From contig CBDDPY010000002.1 in assembly GCA_965232515.1 (NCBI GenBank), positions 2,208,001-2,272,000 on the forward strand: 64,000 nucleotides of DNA, in the 5' to 3' direction. A program made the position numbers and the translations under genes. The notes under the pieces are model-generated. The model had not been told where the DNA came from, ran no database searches, and saw only the letters and a list, made by a program, of their open reading frames with translations. Shown here one piece after another: positions 46,658 to 58,423 of the stretch (within the stretch, counting starts at the first letter, position 1; every line of letters starts with the position of its first letter). This DNA comes from Alphaproteobacteria bacterium (lineage in GTDB: Bacteria > Pseudomonadota > Alphaproteobacteria > GCA-2731375).

Positions 46658-47752
46658 CTACTCCAAGCGTCGCCGGAACAGCCAAGCCGCGGCGCTGAGG
46701 GTGCAGAGGGCGATGAGGGCGAGCGGCCAGGTGTTGTCGACGACGTTGATGGCCGGCATGTCCTTGGTGAAGACGCCGTTGACGACGACGATGAAGTGGC
46801 GCAGCGGGTTGATCAGCGTGAACTGCTGCAGCCAGTCCGGCATGTTCTCGACCGGGCTGGCGAAGCCCGAGAGCAGGATCGCCGGCGCGGCGAAGAGGAA
46901 GCTGCCGAGGAAGGCCTGCTGCTGTGTCTGCGACAGCGAGGAAATGAACAGGCCAACGCCGATCACGGACAGGAGATACATCACCAGGCTGCCGTAGAGC
47001 AGCAGCAGCGAGCCGGTGAACGGCACGGCGAACGCGAAGACCGCGGCGATGAGAAACACCGTGCCGTGGAACAGGCCGATCAGCAGCGACGGCACGGTCT
47101 TGCCGACCAGGATCTCGGCCGGCGTCAGCGGCGAGACCAGCAGCTGGTCGAAGGTGCCGAGCTCGCGCTCGCGCGCCACCGACAGGGCCGTGACCGACAA
47201 GCCGATCAGCAGCGTGATGGTGCCGATCAGGCTCGGCACGATGAACCATTGATGCTCGAGGTTGGGATTGAACCAGTCGCGCGTCACCAGCACGCTCGGT
47301 GGGCCGGCCGCGAGGTCACGATTGAACTGGTCGACGATGCGCGCGGCATAGCCCTGCACGATCTGCGCCGCGTTCGAGCGCCGGCCGTCGAGAATGAGCT
47401 GCGCCGTCGCCGGCCGGCCGGCGGCGATGTCCGCGGAAAAGCTCTGCGGCAGATGCAGCACGACGAGCGCTTCCTGCCGGTCGATGACGGGGCGGATCTC
47501 GGCGACGCCGTCGAGGAAGCGGATCTCGCGGAACGTGGGTGCGCCGACGAAGCGTTGCACCAGCTCGTGCGACCACTTGCCGGGATCCTGGTTGAGCACG
47601 GCCATGCGCACGTTCTCCACATCGAGCGTGGCAGCGAAGCTGAAGACCACGAGCTGCAGCAGCGGCGGCACGATCAGCACCATGCGGCCGCGCGGGTCGC
47701 GCAGGATCGCCAGCAGCTCCTTGACGATCAGGGCGGTGACGCGGCCAAGCAT
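46658..47752 (-). CDS. ABC-2 type permease (YbhR-like)
   Basis: KELLAILRDPR, ARERELGTFDQLLVSP, LLSGFASPVENMP; start MLGRVTAL. Confidence 0.9.
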   Translation of the reverse strand: MLGRVTALIVKELLAILRDPRGRMVLIVPPLLQLVVFSFAATLDVENVRMAVLNQDPGKWSHELVQRFVGAPTFREIRFLDGVAEIRPVIDRQEALVVLHLPQSFSADIAAGRPATAQLILDGRRSNAAQIVQGYAARIVDQFNRDLAAGPPSVLVTRDWFNPNLEHQWFIVPSLIGTITLLIGLSVTALSVARERELGTFDQLLVSPLTPAEILVGKTVPSLLIGLFHGTVFLIAAVFAFAVPFTGSLLLLYGSLVMYLLSVIGVGLFISSLSQTQQQAFLGSFLFAAPAILLSGFASPVENMPDWLQQFTLINPLRHFIVVVNGVFTKDMPAINVVDNTWPLALIALCTLSAAAWLFRRRLE

Positions 47753-47754
47753 GA

Positions 47755-48917
47755 TCAGTCCAGCCGCTTCTTCGTGTTGCGCACGGCGAGGCCGAACAGC
47801 ACGGCGCCGATGCCGAGCATGATCGCGATGTTGGGCAGCAGCAGCGGCCAGATGTCGCCGGTCAGGAACAGCGTCTGCAGGCTGTTGACGAAGTAGCGCG
47901 CCGGAATGACGTGGGTGATCGCCTGAATGACGGGCGGCATACTGGCGATCTCGTAGATGAAGCCCGACAGCAGCATGGCCGGCAGGAAGCCGGCGAACAG
48001 CGCGATCTGCGAGGCGACGAACTGGTTCTTGGCGACGGCGGAGATCAGATAACCGAGGCCGAGTGCCGGGCAGAGAAAGGCGGCCGACACGATGGTCAGG
48101 GCAACGACGGAGCCGCGGAACGGCACGCCGAACAGGCCGATCGCCAGCAGCGTGCAGCCGGCCATCGAGGCCATGCCGAGCGCAAAGTAAGGCGCGATCT
48201 TGCCGCCCAGCAGCTCCAGCGTGCTGACCGGCGTCGCCAGCATCGCCTCCATGGTGCCGCGCTCCCATTCCCGCGCGATGACGAGCGCCGTCAGCAGCGT
48301 GCCGATCAGCGTCATGACGATGGCGACCGAGCCCGGCACCAGGAAATTCCGGCTCTCCAGCTCCTCGTTGAACCAGTAGCGGGATTCGAGCGCGACATTG
48401 GCGGCGTCGGCGAGGCCGTGCTCGAGGCGGCGCTGCTGCTGCCAGTTGGACCAGACGCCTTGCGCGTAGTTCTGCACGAAGTTGGCCGTGTTCGGCTGGG
48501 TGCCGTCGGCGATGACCTGGATCGGCGCCACCTGGCTTGCCTGCATCAGGCGCGACGAGAAGTCCTGCGGCACCACGACAATGCCGCGGATGTCGCCGGC
48601 GATCAGGTCGGGGACGACCTCGCGACGGTCGCGGACGATGCGCGTGTCGAAGAACCGCGAGTTGGTGAAGGCGACGGCGAGGCTCTGGACCTCGGGCGAG
48701 GTGTCCTCCAGCACCAGGCCAATCCTGATCTTGTTGGCGTCGAGCGAGACGCCGAAGCCGAACAGGAACAACAGGATAAACGGCAGGACGAAGGCGATGA
48801 GGATGCTGCTGGGATCGCGAAAGACCTGGATGGTCTCCTTGCGGATCAGCGCCCGAAACCGGCGACCGCGCTGGCCGGTGGCGATCTCGATCCGCTCGTG
48901 ACCGGCGGCGCGGGCCT

Positions 48918-48921
<4 letters not shown>
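47755..48921 (-). CDS. ABC-2 type permease (YbhS-like)
   Basis: KETIQVFRDPSS, AREWERGTMEAMLATP. Confidence 0.9.
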
Positions 48922-50654
<1,733 letters not shown>

Positions 50655-50657
50655 GGC

Positions 50658-51659
50658 TCATGCCCCATCGTCGCCGGTCTTGAGCGTGACCGTAACCGGC
50701 ATGCCCTGGCGCAGGCCGTTGTCGGGATTGTCGACGATGACCCTGAGCCGATAGACGAGATCGGTGCGGAGGCTGGTGGTCTCGACGGTCTTGGGCGTGA
50801 ACTCGGCGACCGGCGAGATGAAGCCGATCTGGCCGGCATAAATCTTGTCGGGCGCGCTGTCGGTGGTGACGGCAGCCGGCATGCCGGGATAGATGCGGCC
50901 GAGATCGGGCTCGGCCACGTAGGTGCGCACCCAGACCGGTTCGGTGAGCGACAAGGTGTAGACCGGCGCGCCCTCGGCGACGATGGCGCCGGGCTCCTGG
51001 ATGCGGGTCAGGATCACGCCGCCGACGGGCGCATGGATCTCGGTATCTGCGAGCCGGGTGCGGGCGAGCGCCAGGCGGGCGTTGGCGCCCTGCAGGCCGG
51101 CGCGCGCCTCGGCGATGTCCTCCTGACGGAAGCCCTCGACGGCAAGCGCCAGGGCCTCCTCGGCCGATTTCAGGCGGGCCGCGACCTCGTTCCTTTCGGC
51201 GACCGCGTCATCGTAGGCTTGCTTCGAGACATGGCCGGCCTTGACCAGGCGCGAACGGCGTTCGAGCACCAGGCCCGCGTTCTTGAGCGAGGCCTCGCGT
51301 TCCGCCACCAGCGCGCGGGCCTGGGCGATCTCGCTCGGCCGGGTGCCGGTCTCCATCTTCAGCAGGTTGGCGGCGGCAGCGGCGACATCGGCTTCCGCCA
51401 CGTCGACGTCATCCTTAAAAGGCACCTTGTCGAGGGCGGCGATCACCTGCCCGGCCGCGATCGTATCGCCCTCCTCGAACGGCATGGCCTCGATGCGGCC
51501 GCCGACGCGGAAACCGAGATCGACCTGGCGGATGTCGACATTGCCGTAGAGCTTGAGCGCGTTCGGATCGCCGCCCGTATCGCGCAGCCAGGCATAGGCG
51601 CCGGCGCCGGACGCGGCGAGCACCAGGGCGGCCAGGATCAATGGCCGGGCTTTCATCAT
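50658..51659 (-). CDS. HlyD-family membrane fusion protein (YbhG-like)
   Basis: LYGNVDIRQVDLGFRVGGRI, AEFTPKTVET...DLVYRLR. Confidence 0.92.
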   Translation of the reverse strand: MMKARPLILAALVLAASGAGAYAWLRDTGGDPNALKLYGNVDIRQVDLGFRVGGRIEAMPFEEGDTIAAGQVIAALDKVPFKDDVDVAEADVAAAAANLLKMETGTRPSEIAQARALVAEREASLKNAGLVLERRSRLVKAGHVSKQAYDDAVAERNEVAARLKSAEEALALAVEGFRQEDIAEARAGLQGANARLALARTRLADTEIHAPVGGVILTRIQEPGAIVAEGAPVYTLSLTEPVWVRTYVAEPDLGRIYPGMPAAVTTDSAPDKIYAGQIGFISPVAEFTPKTVETTSLRTDLVYRLRVIVDNPDNGLRQGMPVTVTLKTGDDGA

Positions 51660-52336
51660 CCATCTCCCGTGGCCGACGCGTAGAGCTGCGTTGTCTGCTG
51701 ACGGATCACGGCGCGGATGGCGTCGACCTGGGCGTCATCCAAGTGCTGGGCGCCTAGGCGCCGCAGTACCGCTTCGCGCGCAACGCGAAAGATCAGCACC
51801 TGGCCCATCAGGGTGAAGGCGCGGATCAGAACTTCCGGATCGTCGGCGGGCCTGCCGAGCAGACGGCCGACCAGCTCGCAGATCAGCGTGTGGAACTGCC
51901 GCATGCGGCCCTCGTAGAGCGCGTCGAACGCCTCGGTCGGATGCGTCTGCTCGCGGATGATGATGCGGGCCCAGGCCTCGGGCTCATCTGAACCGACGAG
52001 CAGCAAGGCGAAGCGGTCGAGCAGGGCGTTCAGGTGCGCGAGCAGCTCGGCCGGCGGCACGTCCGGCCGCCGCAGCGCGCCGATGACCTCGACCGCCACG
52101 GGCCGCATATGCTCGCCGATGCGCGTCGCGACATGCTCGATGACGGCGCGGTAGAGACCCTCCTTGCCGCCGAAATAGTAGGGGATGGCGGCGAGATTGA
52201 CGCCGGCCCGGTCGGCCAACATACGGGTGGTCGCGCCCTCAAAGCTGTAGAGCCCGAAGACCTCGAGCCCGGATTCGATCAGCTGCCGCCGCGCCTCCTC
52301 GCCGCGGCCGTCGGCGCGGGTACCGGTCTTTTCCAT
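51656..52336 (-). CDS. cecR: TetR-family regulator (CecR/YbiH-like)
   Basis: GATTRMLADRAGVNLAAIPYYFGGKEGLY, IIREQTHPT, GQVLIFRVARE; heads a ybhGFSR-like operon. Confidence 0.8.
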   Translation of the reverse strand: MEKTGTRADGRGEEARRQLIESGLEVFGLYSFEGATTRMLADRAGVNLAAIPYYFGGKEGLYRAVIEHVATRIGEHMRPVAVEVIGALRRPDVPPAELLAHLNALLDRFALLLVGSDEPEAWARIIIREQTHPTEAFDALYEGRMRQFHTLICELVGRLLGRPADDPEVLIRAFTLMGQVLIFRVAREAVLRRLGAQHLDDAQVDAIRAVIRQQTTQLYASATGDG

Positions 52337-52381
52337 CTCACGCCTTTCCTTACCGTTGCGTCAGATATAGTCATTCATGCG

Positions 52382-52405
52382 AATAATTCAATCGATTGAT
52401 TTATT
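52382..52405. promoter_or_regulatory. TetR-type operator palindrome
   Basis: AATAATTCAATCGATTGATTTATT, perfect core TCAATCGATTGA (52388-52399). Confidence 0.7.
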
Positions 52406-52500
52406 TCCGCTCGGAGGTGTGTTCGAGCCCAGCCTCGACCACATGACGGGTATGAAAGGCGCTAGTCTGTCAAAGAAGCGTAGTTGACGGAGAGGATGGC

Positions 52501-53520
52501 ATGGGCGAGCGGAAGGGGGCGCGGGTCGATACGGTGCGGCTGCAGCGGGTGGCGAAGGCGTTCTGGGAATCGGCGGCGCTGATGAGCGGGGTCGAGCTCG
52601 ACCTGTTCACGGCGATCGCGAACGGCGACGACACCATCGACAAGGCCGCCGCAGCCATGGACATCGAGCCGGAGAATGCCGAACGGCTGATGACGGCGCT
52701 GACGGCGATGGAACTGTTGCGCCGCGACGGCGACCGGTTCTCGAACGCGCCCGACGTCGAGCGTTTCCTGGTGCGAAGCTCGCCGAGTTATGCCGGGCCC
52801 TGGATGCTGTTCGGCAAGCCGCGCTGGGACGGCTGGGGGCGGCTGACCGAGCATCTGCGGCAGCGCCGGGCGGACCAGCGGGTGCTGGGCATGTACGACG
52901 ACAGCTTCACGGTCGAGCGGGCGCGGCAGTATCACGCCGCGACCTACTCCATCGGCATGGGCGCCGCGCGGCGGTTTCATCGACAAGTCGATCTGAGCGG
53001 CCGCAAGCGCATCATGGATCTGGGCGGCGGCTCGGGCTGCTATTGCATCGTCGCGGCAACGACCTATCCGGAGATCAGCGCCGTGGTGCTGGACCTGCCG
53101 CCGGTGGTCGAGGTGACGCGGGAGTTTCTGGCCGAGAACGGCGTCGCCGACCGGGTGACGGCCGAGGCCTGCGACTTCACCCGCGATCCCCTGCCCCGCG
53201 ACGCGGACGTCGCGATCATGGCCTCGAACCTGCCGCAGTACAGCCGCGCCATCATCGGCGACGTGGTCGCGCGCGTCTACGACGCGCTGCTGGCGGGCGG
53301 CGAATTCCATCTGATCGGCGAGATGCTGGACGACGACCGTCGCGGGCCGCTGGCGCCGGCGCTCTGGGGCCTGTCGGAAGCGGTGAGCGGCTCGACCGGC
53401 CTGGCGCACACGTCAGGCGAGTGCGTCGGTTATCTGAGCGAGGCCGGCTTCCGGGACGTAACGGTGAGCGAATTCATCCCGCAAACCCTGAACCGGGTCA
53501 CGGGCTACAAGCCCGGCTGA
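52501..53520 (+). CDS. SAM-dependent O-methyltransferase (with dimerisation domain)
   Basis: VELDLFT N-terminal domain, MDLGGGSG, LDLPPV, CDF. Confidence 0.88.
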   Translation: MGERKGARVDTVRLQRVAKAFWESAALMSGVELDLFTAIANGDDTIDKAAAAMDIEPENAERLMTALTAMELLRRDGDRFSNAPDVERFLVRSSPSYAGPWMLFGKPRWDGWGRLTEHLRQRRADQRVLGMYDDSFTVERARQYHAATYSIGMGAARRFHRQVDLSGRKRIMDLGGGSGCYCIVAATTYPEISAVVLDLPPVVEVTREFLAENGVADRVTAEACDFTRDPLPRDADVAIMASNLPQYSRAIIGDVVARVYDALLAGGEFHLIGEMLDDDRRGPLAPALWGLSEAVSGSTGLAHTSGECVGYLSEAGFRDVTVSEFIPQTLNRVTGYKPG

Positions 53521-54643
53521 CGGCGTCGGCGCACTGCATGGTGCCGGCGGTCCCGCCGAGGTCGCGGGTGACATGCCTGCCGGCGGCGAGCGTTGCCGCG
53601 ACGGCATCTCGGATGCGGCCCGCGGCCCCCGTCAGTTCGGCGTCATCGTGGCGCTGGCCGAGCCAGTCGAGCATCTCGGCGCCCGACAGGATGGTGGCGA
53701 AGGGGTTGGCGATGCCCTGGCCGGCGATGTCCGGCGCCGAGCCGTGCGAGCCCTGGAAATAGCCGTGCGCGTCGCCGATCTCGGCCGAGGCGCCCAAGCC
53801 CAGGCCGCCGACCGTGGCGGCGCCGAGGTCGGAGATGATGTCGCCGACGAAGTTTTCGGTGACGACCACATCGAAGGTATCGGGCCGCTCGAGCTGGTAG
53901 ACGGTCATGGCGTCCGACAGCGCGTAGTCGACCTCGATGTCGGGATAGCCGGCCAGCACCTCCTCGGCGACGCGGCGGAAGAAGGCGAAGCTGCGCAGCA
54001 CGTTCGCTTTGTCGACGATGGTGACGCGCCGCTTGCCGTCACGCGGCGCGCCATTGCGACGGCGGGCGAGCTCGGCAGCGAAGCGCACCACCCGCTCGAC
54101 GCCCTTGCGCGTCAGCACCATGGTGTCGGTCGCGGCGTCGTCCCGCAGCAGGTTGCCGCCGCCGCGCGCGGCGTAGAGCCCCTCGGTGTTCTCACGCACG
54201 ATCACGTAGTCGATCGGCGTCGGCCGGTCGAAGTTGAGCCGCGAGCGCACGCCGTCATAGAGCCGGATCGGCCGCACGTTGGCGTAGAGGTCGAGCGCGG
54301 CGCGGATCTGCATGGAGAAGTCCTGGCCGGCCTCGGTGCCGTCGGGATAGACCACGTCCGGCAGGCCGGCGGCGCCGTGCAGCACCGCATGCGCCTCGGC
54401 GACGGCTGCCCGCGTTTCGTGCGGAAAGGCGCTGCCGGTCTCGCGATAGCAGTCGGCGCCGGCCGGATAGCTGTCGAAGCGAAGCTTGTGGCCGCCGCCC
54501 AACGCCGCTTCGATGACGGCGATGGCCGCTTCGCAGACATCAGGCCCGATGCCGTCGCCCGGCACCACGGCGATGCGGTAGACGTTGGCGCCCGCCGGCG
54601 CCGTGTCGCCGGTCAAAGCAGGGCCGAGACGATCTCGTCCCAC
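53498..54643 (-). CDS. Isocitrate/isopropylmalate/tartrate dehydrogenase family protein
   Basis: VPGDGIGP, VRENTEG, DKANVL, GDIISD, HGSAPDIAGQGIANP; start uncertain. Confidence 0.88.
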   Translation of the reverse strand: MGRDRLGPALTGDTAPAGANVYRIAVVPGDGIGPDVCEAAIAVIEAALGGGHKLRFDSYPAGADCYRETGSAFPHETRAAVAEAHAVLHGAAGLPDVVYPDGTEAGQDFSMQIRAALDLYANVRPIRLYDGVRSRLNFDRPTPIDYVIVRENTEGLYAARGGGNLLRDDAATDTMVLTRKGVERVVRFAAELARRRNGAPRDGKRRVTIVDKANVLRSFAFFRRVAEEVLAGYPDIEVDYALSDAMTVYQLERPDTFDVVVTENFVGDIISDLGAATVGGLGLGASAEIGDAHGYFQGSHGSAPDIAGQGIANPFATILSGAEMLDWLGQRHDDAELTGAAGRIRDAVAATLAAGRHVTRDLGGTAGTMQCADAVSRACSP

Positions 54644-54897
54644 TCCTTGTCGAGCGATTGGGTGGCGTGGTCCTTACCGGCGCGGCGGTACCAGTAGCCG
54701 GCGTTGCTGGCGTCGCCCTCGACCCGGTGCAGGTGGGCGTGCACCCAGGCGCCGATGGCGTCGTCCTGGCTCTGCGCCAGCTCGTGCGCCCGGTGCCAGT
54801 CGCCTTTCGCCTGATGCCACATGGCCTGCAGCGCCGGCGTCAGGTCCGCCGGCGGTCCGTCCTGCTCCAATGTTCCCTTGAACGACTTAAGATCCAT
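54613..54897 (-). CDS. Conserved hypothetical protein (94 aa)
   Basis: GDWHRAHELAQ...AWVHAHLHRVEGDASNAGYWYRRAG, a pattern recognised from small helical bacterial proteins. Confidence 0.75.
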   Translation of the reverse strand: MDLKSFKGTLEQDGPPADLTPALQAMWHQAKGDWHRAHELAQSQDDAIGAWVHAHLHRVEGDASNAGYWYRRAGKDHATQSLDKEWDEIVSALL

Positions 54898-55002
54898 CCC
54901 GCCTGCCCTCCGGTGCCTCACGGGCGCCACATCCGACGGCACCATGGTACCCTCGAAGACTGACGAAGTGTGCAGATTTGTCGGTTTAAACCGTCAAATA
55001 CG

Positions 55003-56157
55003 TCAGCTCGCAGGCTCGAGGCGGATGAGCTGGCCGTCGCCGCTGTCGGTCAGCACGTAGATATAGCCGTCGGGGCTGACGCGGACGTCGCGGATGCGCT
55101 CGTCGAGGTCCTTCAGCAGGGCTTCCTGCGCCACGACGCGGTCACCGTCGAGCTCGAGCCGGCGGAGATGCGTGTGCGACAGGGCGCCGACGAACAGGTC
55201 GCCGCGCCAGTTCGGGAACTTGTCGCCGTCGTAGAAGGCCATGCCGCTGGGCGCGATGGACGGGTCCCAATAGACCACCGGCTGCTCCATGCCCGGCGCT
55301 TCGGTGCGGTCGGAGATGGTGGCGCCGCTATAGTCGATGCCGTAGGTGATCGCCGGCCAGCCGTAATTGGCGCCGGCTTTCAGGATATTGACCTCGTCGC
55401 CGCCGCGCGGCCCATGCTCGTGCGCCCAGACCTGGCCGGTTGCGGGCCGCAGGGCCAGACCCTGCGCATTGCGGTGGCCGTAGGTGAAAATCTCCGGCCG
55501 GGCGTCGCCGCGGCCAACGAACGGGTTGTCATCGGGCACGCCGCCGTCGTCTCGGATACGCACGATGGCGCCGATATGGTCGCGCACGTCCTGGGCCCGC
55601 TCGAGATAGCTGTAGCGATCGCCCAGCGTCACGTAGAGCGTGCCGTCGGGCGCGAACAGCAGCCGCGAGCCGTAGTGATTGCGGCCACCGGTCTTCGGCG
55701 CAGCGCTGAACACGACCTCGAGATCGGTCAGCGCCTCGCCGTCGAAACGACCGCGCGCCACCTCGGTGTTGACGCCGCCGTCGCCGCGGCCGGCGTAGGA
55801 CAGATAGACGAGACGGTTCTCGGCAAAATCGGGATGCAGGGCGACGTCGAGCAGGCCGCCCTGGCCGCGCGCCACCACCTCGGGCACGCCGGCGACGGAT
55901 TCACGCTGGAGCTTGCCGTCCTTGATCAGGCGCAGACGGCCGTCGCGTTCGGTGACCAGCATGTCGCCGTCCGGCAGGAAGGCCATGCCCCACGGGTTGT
56001 CCAGGCCGTCGGCGACGACGACATGGCGGAATTCGTGCTGCTCGGAACGCTCGACCGTGCGGGCCGACGTCGGCAGGATCCAGGCCAGCACCGCGGCGGT
56101 GATCAGCGACGTGCCGAGCGCGCCGGTCAGAAACAGCGTCACCGATTTGCGCGACAT
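55003..56157 (-). CDS. PQQ-dependent soluble aldose sugar dehydrogenase (GSDH/YliI-like)
   Basis: PWGMAFLPDG, GQGGLLDV, YGHRNAQG, HGPRGGDE, NYGWP; signal peptide. Confidence 0.92.
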   Translation of the reverse strand: MSRKSVTLFLTGALGTSLITAAVLAWILPTSARTVERSEQHEFRHVVVADGLDNPWGMAFLPDGDMLVTERDGRLRLIKDGKLQRESVAGVPEVVARGQGGLLDVALHPDFAENRLVYLSYAGRGDGGVNTEVARGRFDGEALTDLEVVFSAAPKTGGRNHYGSRLLFAPDGTLYVTLGDRYSYLERAQDVRDHIGAIVRIRDDGGVPDDNPFVGRGDARPEIFTYGHRNAQGLALRPATGQVWAHEHGPRGGDEVNILKAGANYGWPAITYGIDYSGATISDRTEAPGMEQPVVYWDPSIAPSGMAFYDGDKFPNWRGDLFVGALSHTHLRRLELDGDRVVAQEALLKDLDERIRDVRVSPDGYIYVLTDSGDGQLIRLEPAS

Positions 56158-56294
56158 GAACCCCTCCCAATGCCATCAAGGCGGCGCGCGAGCGCCCTTA
56201 CTCCTACGCCGCGCAACCGCTCCTCGCATTCAAAAATGTGGGTGGCCGCAGGGGTCGGATCAATGATCCGCGCGGAAAAATCACAGACCCGCGG

Positions 56295-57473
56295 CTAGCT
56301 GAATTCGTGCAGGTCGGTGCGGTGGGCGGCGATGTAGTCCCAGTCGTAGGCGACGCCCAGGCCGGGGCCATCCGGCACCGGCACACAGCCGTCATCGCCG
56401 ACGCAATCGAGCTGATCGGTGTAGCCGTCGGCATAGACCGGCGGCACGGCGTTGGGCGTGTCCGGGCCGACCAGCGCCACCTCGTAAAAGTTGGAGTTGC
56501 GCATGGCCGACATGCAGGCGCGGTGCGCCGGACCGGAGGCATGGATCTCGCAATCGATGCCGAAGGCCTCGGCCAGATGCGCGATCTTCATGGCGCCGGT
56601 GATGCCCATATCGTACTCCGGGTCGGCGCGCAGGAAATCGGTGCCGCCGGCGATCAGGAAATCGGCCTTGGGCTCGACGCCGCGGACGTGCTCGGTCTGC
56701 AGGATCGGCGTGCGGATCATCTGCCGCAGTTTGGCGTGCGCGAAGGCGGACGTGCCGGCGTCGCGGTAGGGGTCTTCGAGCCAAAAGAAGCCGGCATCGT
56801 CGCAGGCCCGGCCGACATAGAGCGTGTCGGCGAAGGTGCGCAGCTCGCAAGCCGGGTCCAGCATCAGCGTCATGCGGTCGCCCATTTTCTCGCCCATGTA
56901 GCGCACGTTCTCGGCCTCCTCGCGGGCGTCGCCGTCGTGCCAGCCGTGAATCTTGAAGGCGCGGTAGCCCAATTCGTGGCACTGCTCGGCAAAGGCGACG
57001 AAGGCTTCCTTGCTGTCGAGGCCGCCGTTGCGGTCGGCGTGGTAGGTGGACGCGTAGGCCGGCAGCCGCGTGCGGTAGCCGCCGAGCAGCGCCGAGACGC
57101 TGACGCCGTACTTGCGGCCGGCGAGATCCCAGAGCGCGATGTCGATCGGGCCGTGGCCCATGTGGTCGTATTGCCGGAATTCGCGCTTGAGATCGTCGAA
57201 GATGCCTTCGCGCTGCTCGGGATCGCGGCCCAGCAGGTTCGGCGCCATCATCAGGGTCTGGGCCAACGCGGCCTTGGTGCCCACCCAATGGGTGACGTAT
57301 TCGCCGCGGCAGCCGTCGTCGGCCTTGATGACGACGGCGTACTTCGACAGCTCCATGACGCTGTTCGGCTTGAAGCCGATGTTGTAGACCGCGCCCTCGT
57401 TCTCGTCTTCGAGTCCCAGATTGCGGGCCTGGAAGGTGAACTCGTGCACCTCGACGCCATCGATCCGGCTCAT
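56295..57473 (-). CDS. Mandelate racemase/muconate lactonising enzyme family (enolase superfamily)
   Basis: DIALWDLAG, AYAST, FKIH, MLDP, WLEDP, TEH. Confidence 0.9.
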   Translation of the reverse strand: MSRIDGVEVHEFTFQARNLGLEDENEGAVYNIGFKPNSVMELSKYAVVIKADDGCRGEYVTHWVGTKAALAQTLMMAPNLLGRDPEQREGIFDDLKREFRQYDHMGHGPIDIALWDLAGRKYGVSVSALLGGYRTRLPAYASTYHADRNGGLDSKEAFVAFAEQCHELGYRAFKIHGWHDGDAREEAENVRYMGEKMGDRMTLMLDPACELRTFADTLYVGRACDDAGFFWLEDPYRDAGTSAFAHAKLRQMIRTPILQTEHVRGVEPKADFLIAGGTDFLRADPEYDMGITGAMKIAHLAEAFGIDCEIHASGPAHRACMSAMRNSNFYEVALVGPDTPNAVPPVYADGYTDQLDCVGDDGCVPVPDGPGLGVAYDWDYIAAHRTDLHEFS

Positions 57474-57700
57474 CGGCCGCCCTCCCCAGTCAGGTTTTGA
57501 TTGTCCGTTCGAAACGATTTAAGCAGGTTTGGCGGTCGCGTTCACGGACCGATCCGGCGTTGCGCACAGTTCTTCACAACCGTGTTATTCCCGGCCTGGA
57601 AAACCCGCAATGCGCGCCATATTCCACCAAGTGGATGACCGCATGGGGGGCCTTGTGGGCCTGCCGGTCGGGCAGGCCAGCGTATTCAGGAGAATGACCC

Positions 57701-58279
57701 ATGACGCGATCTTGGAAGACATCGGTTCGACATGCGCTGACCGCCAGCACGGCGTTGGTGCTTGCGGCGTGCGCCGGGGTGACCACCGTGACGCGGACCG
57801 ACCAGTATCCCTTCTACACCCCCAATGTCGTGCAGTACGCCATCGCCGACGGCGAGCTGGCGGCCGAGATCTACGGACAGCCATTTCCCGGCGCCGGCGT
57901 CGATGCCGAGACCATCGCCAGTCGGCTGAGCATGCCCGGCATCTTTCAGCGGGCGCGCGTGACGACACGGCCGACGGCGGACCCCAACAACGATCATTAC
58001 CGGCTCGTGATCGCATTCAATCCCACCGGCACGCCGATCGCGCGGCGCCTGTGCACCGACCCCGACCAGCTGCGCGCGGGCGGCGGCAGCGGCGGCGGCC
58101 TGCAGGCCATGGCCGCGTTCTGCGCCGGATCCGAGATCGCCTCGCAGACATTCGTCAGCGGAGCGCCGGCGACCGGTCCCGACGATCCGGCGTTCCGGTC
58201 GGCCATGAACCAGCTCATGCTGACACTCTTCCTGCCGGAGGACGAAGGCGCGCGGGCCGACTGCCTGCGGCGCTGCTAA
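57701..58279 (+). CDS. Putative lipoprotein
   Basis: Lipobox LAAC after a basic/hydrophobic N-terminus. Confidence 0.7.
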   Translation: MTRSWKTSVRHALTASTALVLAACAGVTTVTRTDQYPFYTPNVVQYAIADGELAAEIYGQPFPGAGVDAETIASRLSMPGIFQRARVTTRPTADPNNDHYRLVIAFNPTGTPIARRLCTDPDQLRAGGGSGGGLQAMAAFCAGSEIASQTFVSGAPATGPDDPAFRSAMNQLMLTLFLPEDEGARADCLRRC

Positions 58280-58423
58280 CGGGCCTGGCGGGCGAGCGCC
58301 AATGGCCTCGCCCGCACCGGTCCGCCGGCACGCGATCCACTTACATCCGAGGTAATTGTCGCGACATCGCCGCGCTCCGAGCATACCGGCCGTCGGTCGA
58401 ATTCTTGGTCGGGGTGAACGGAC

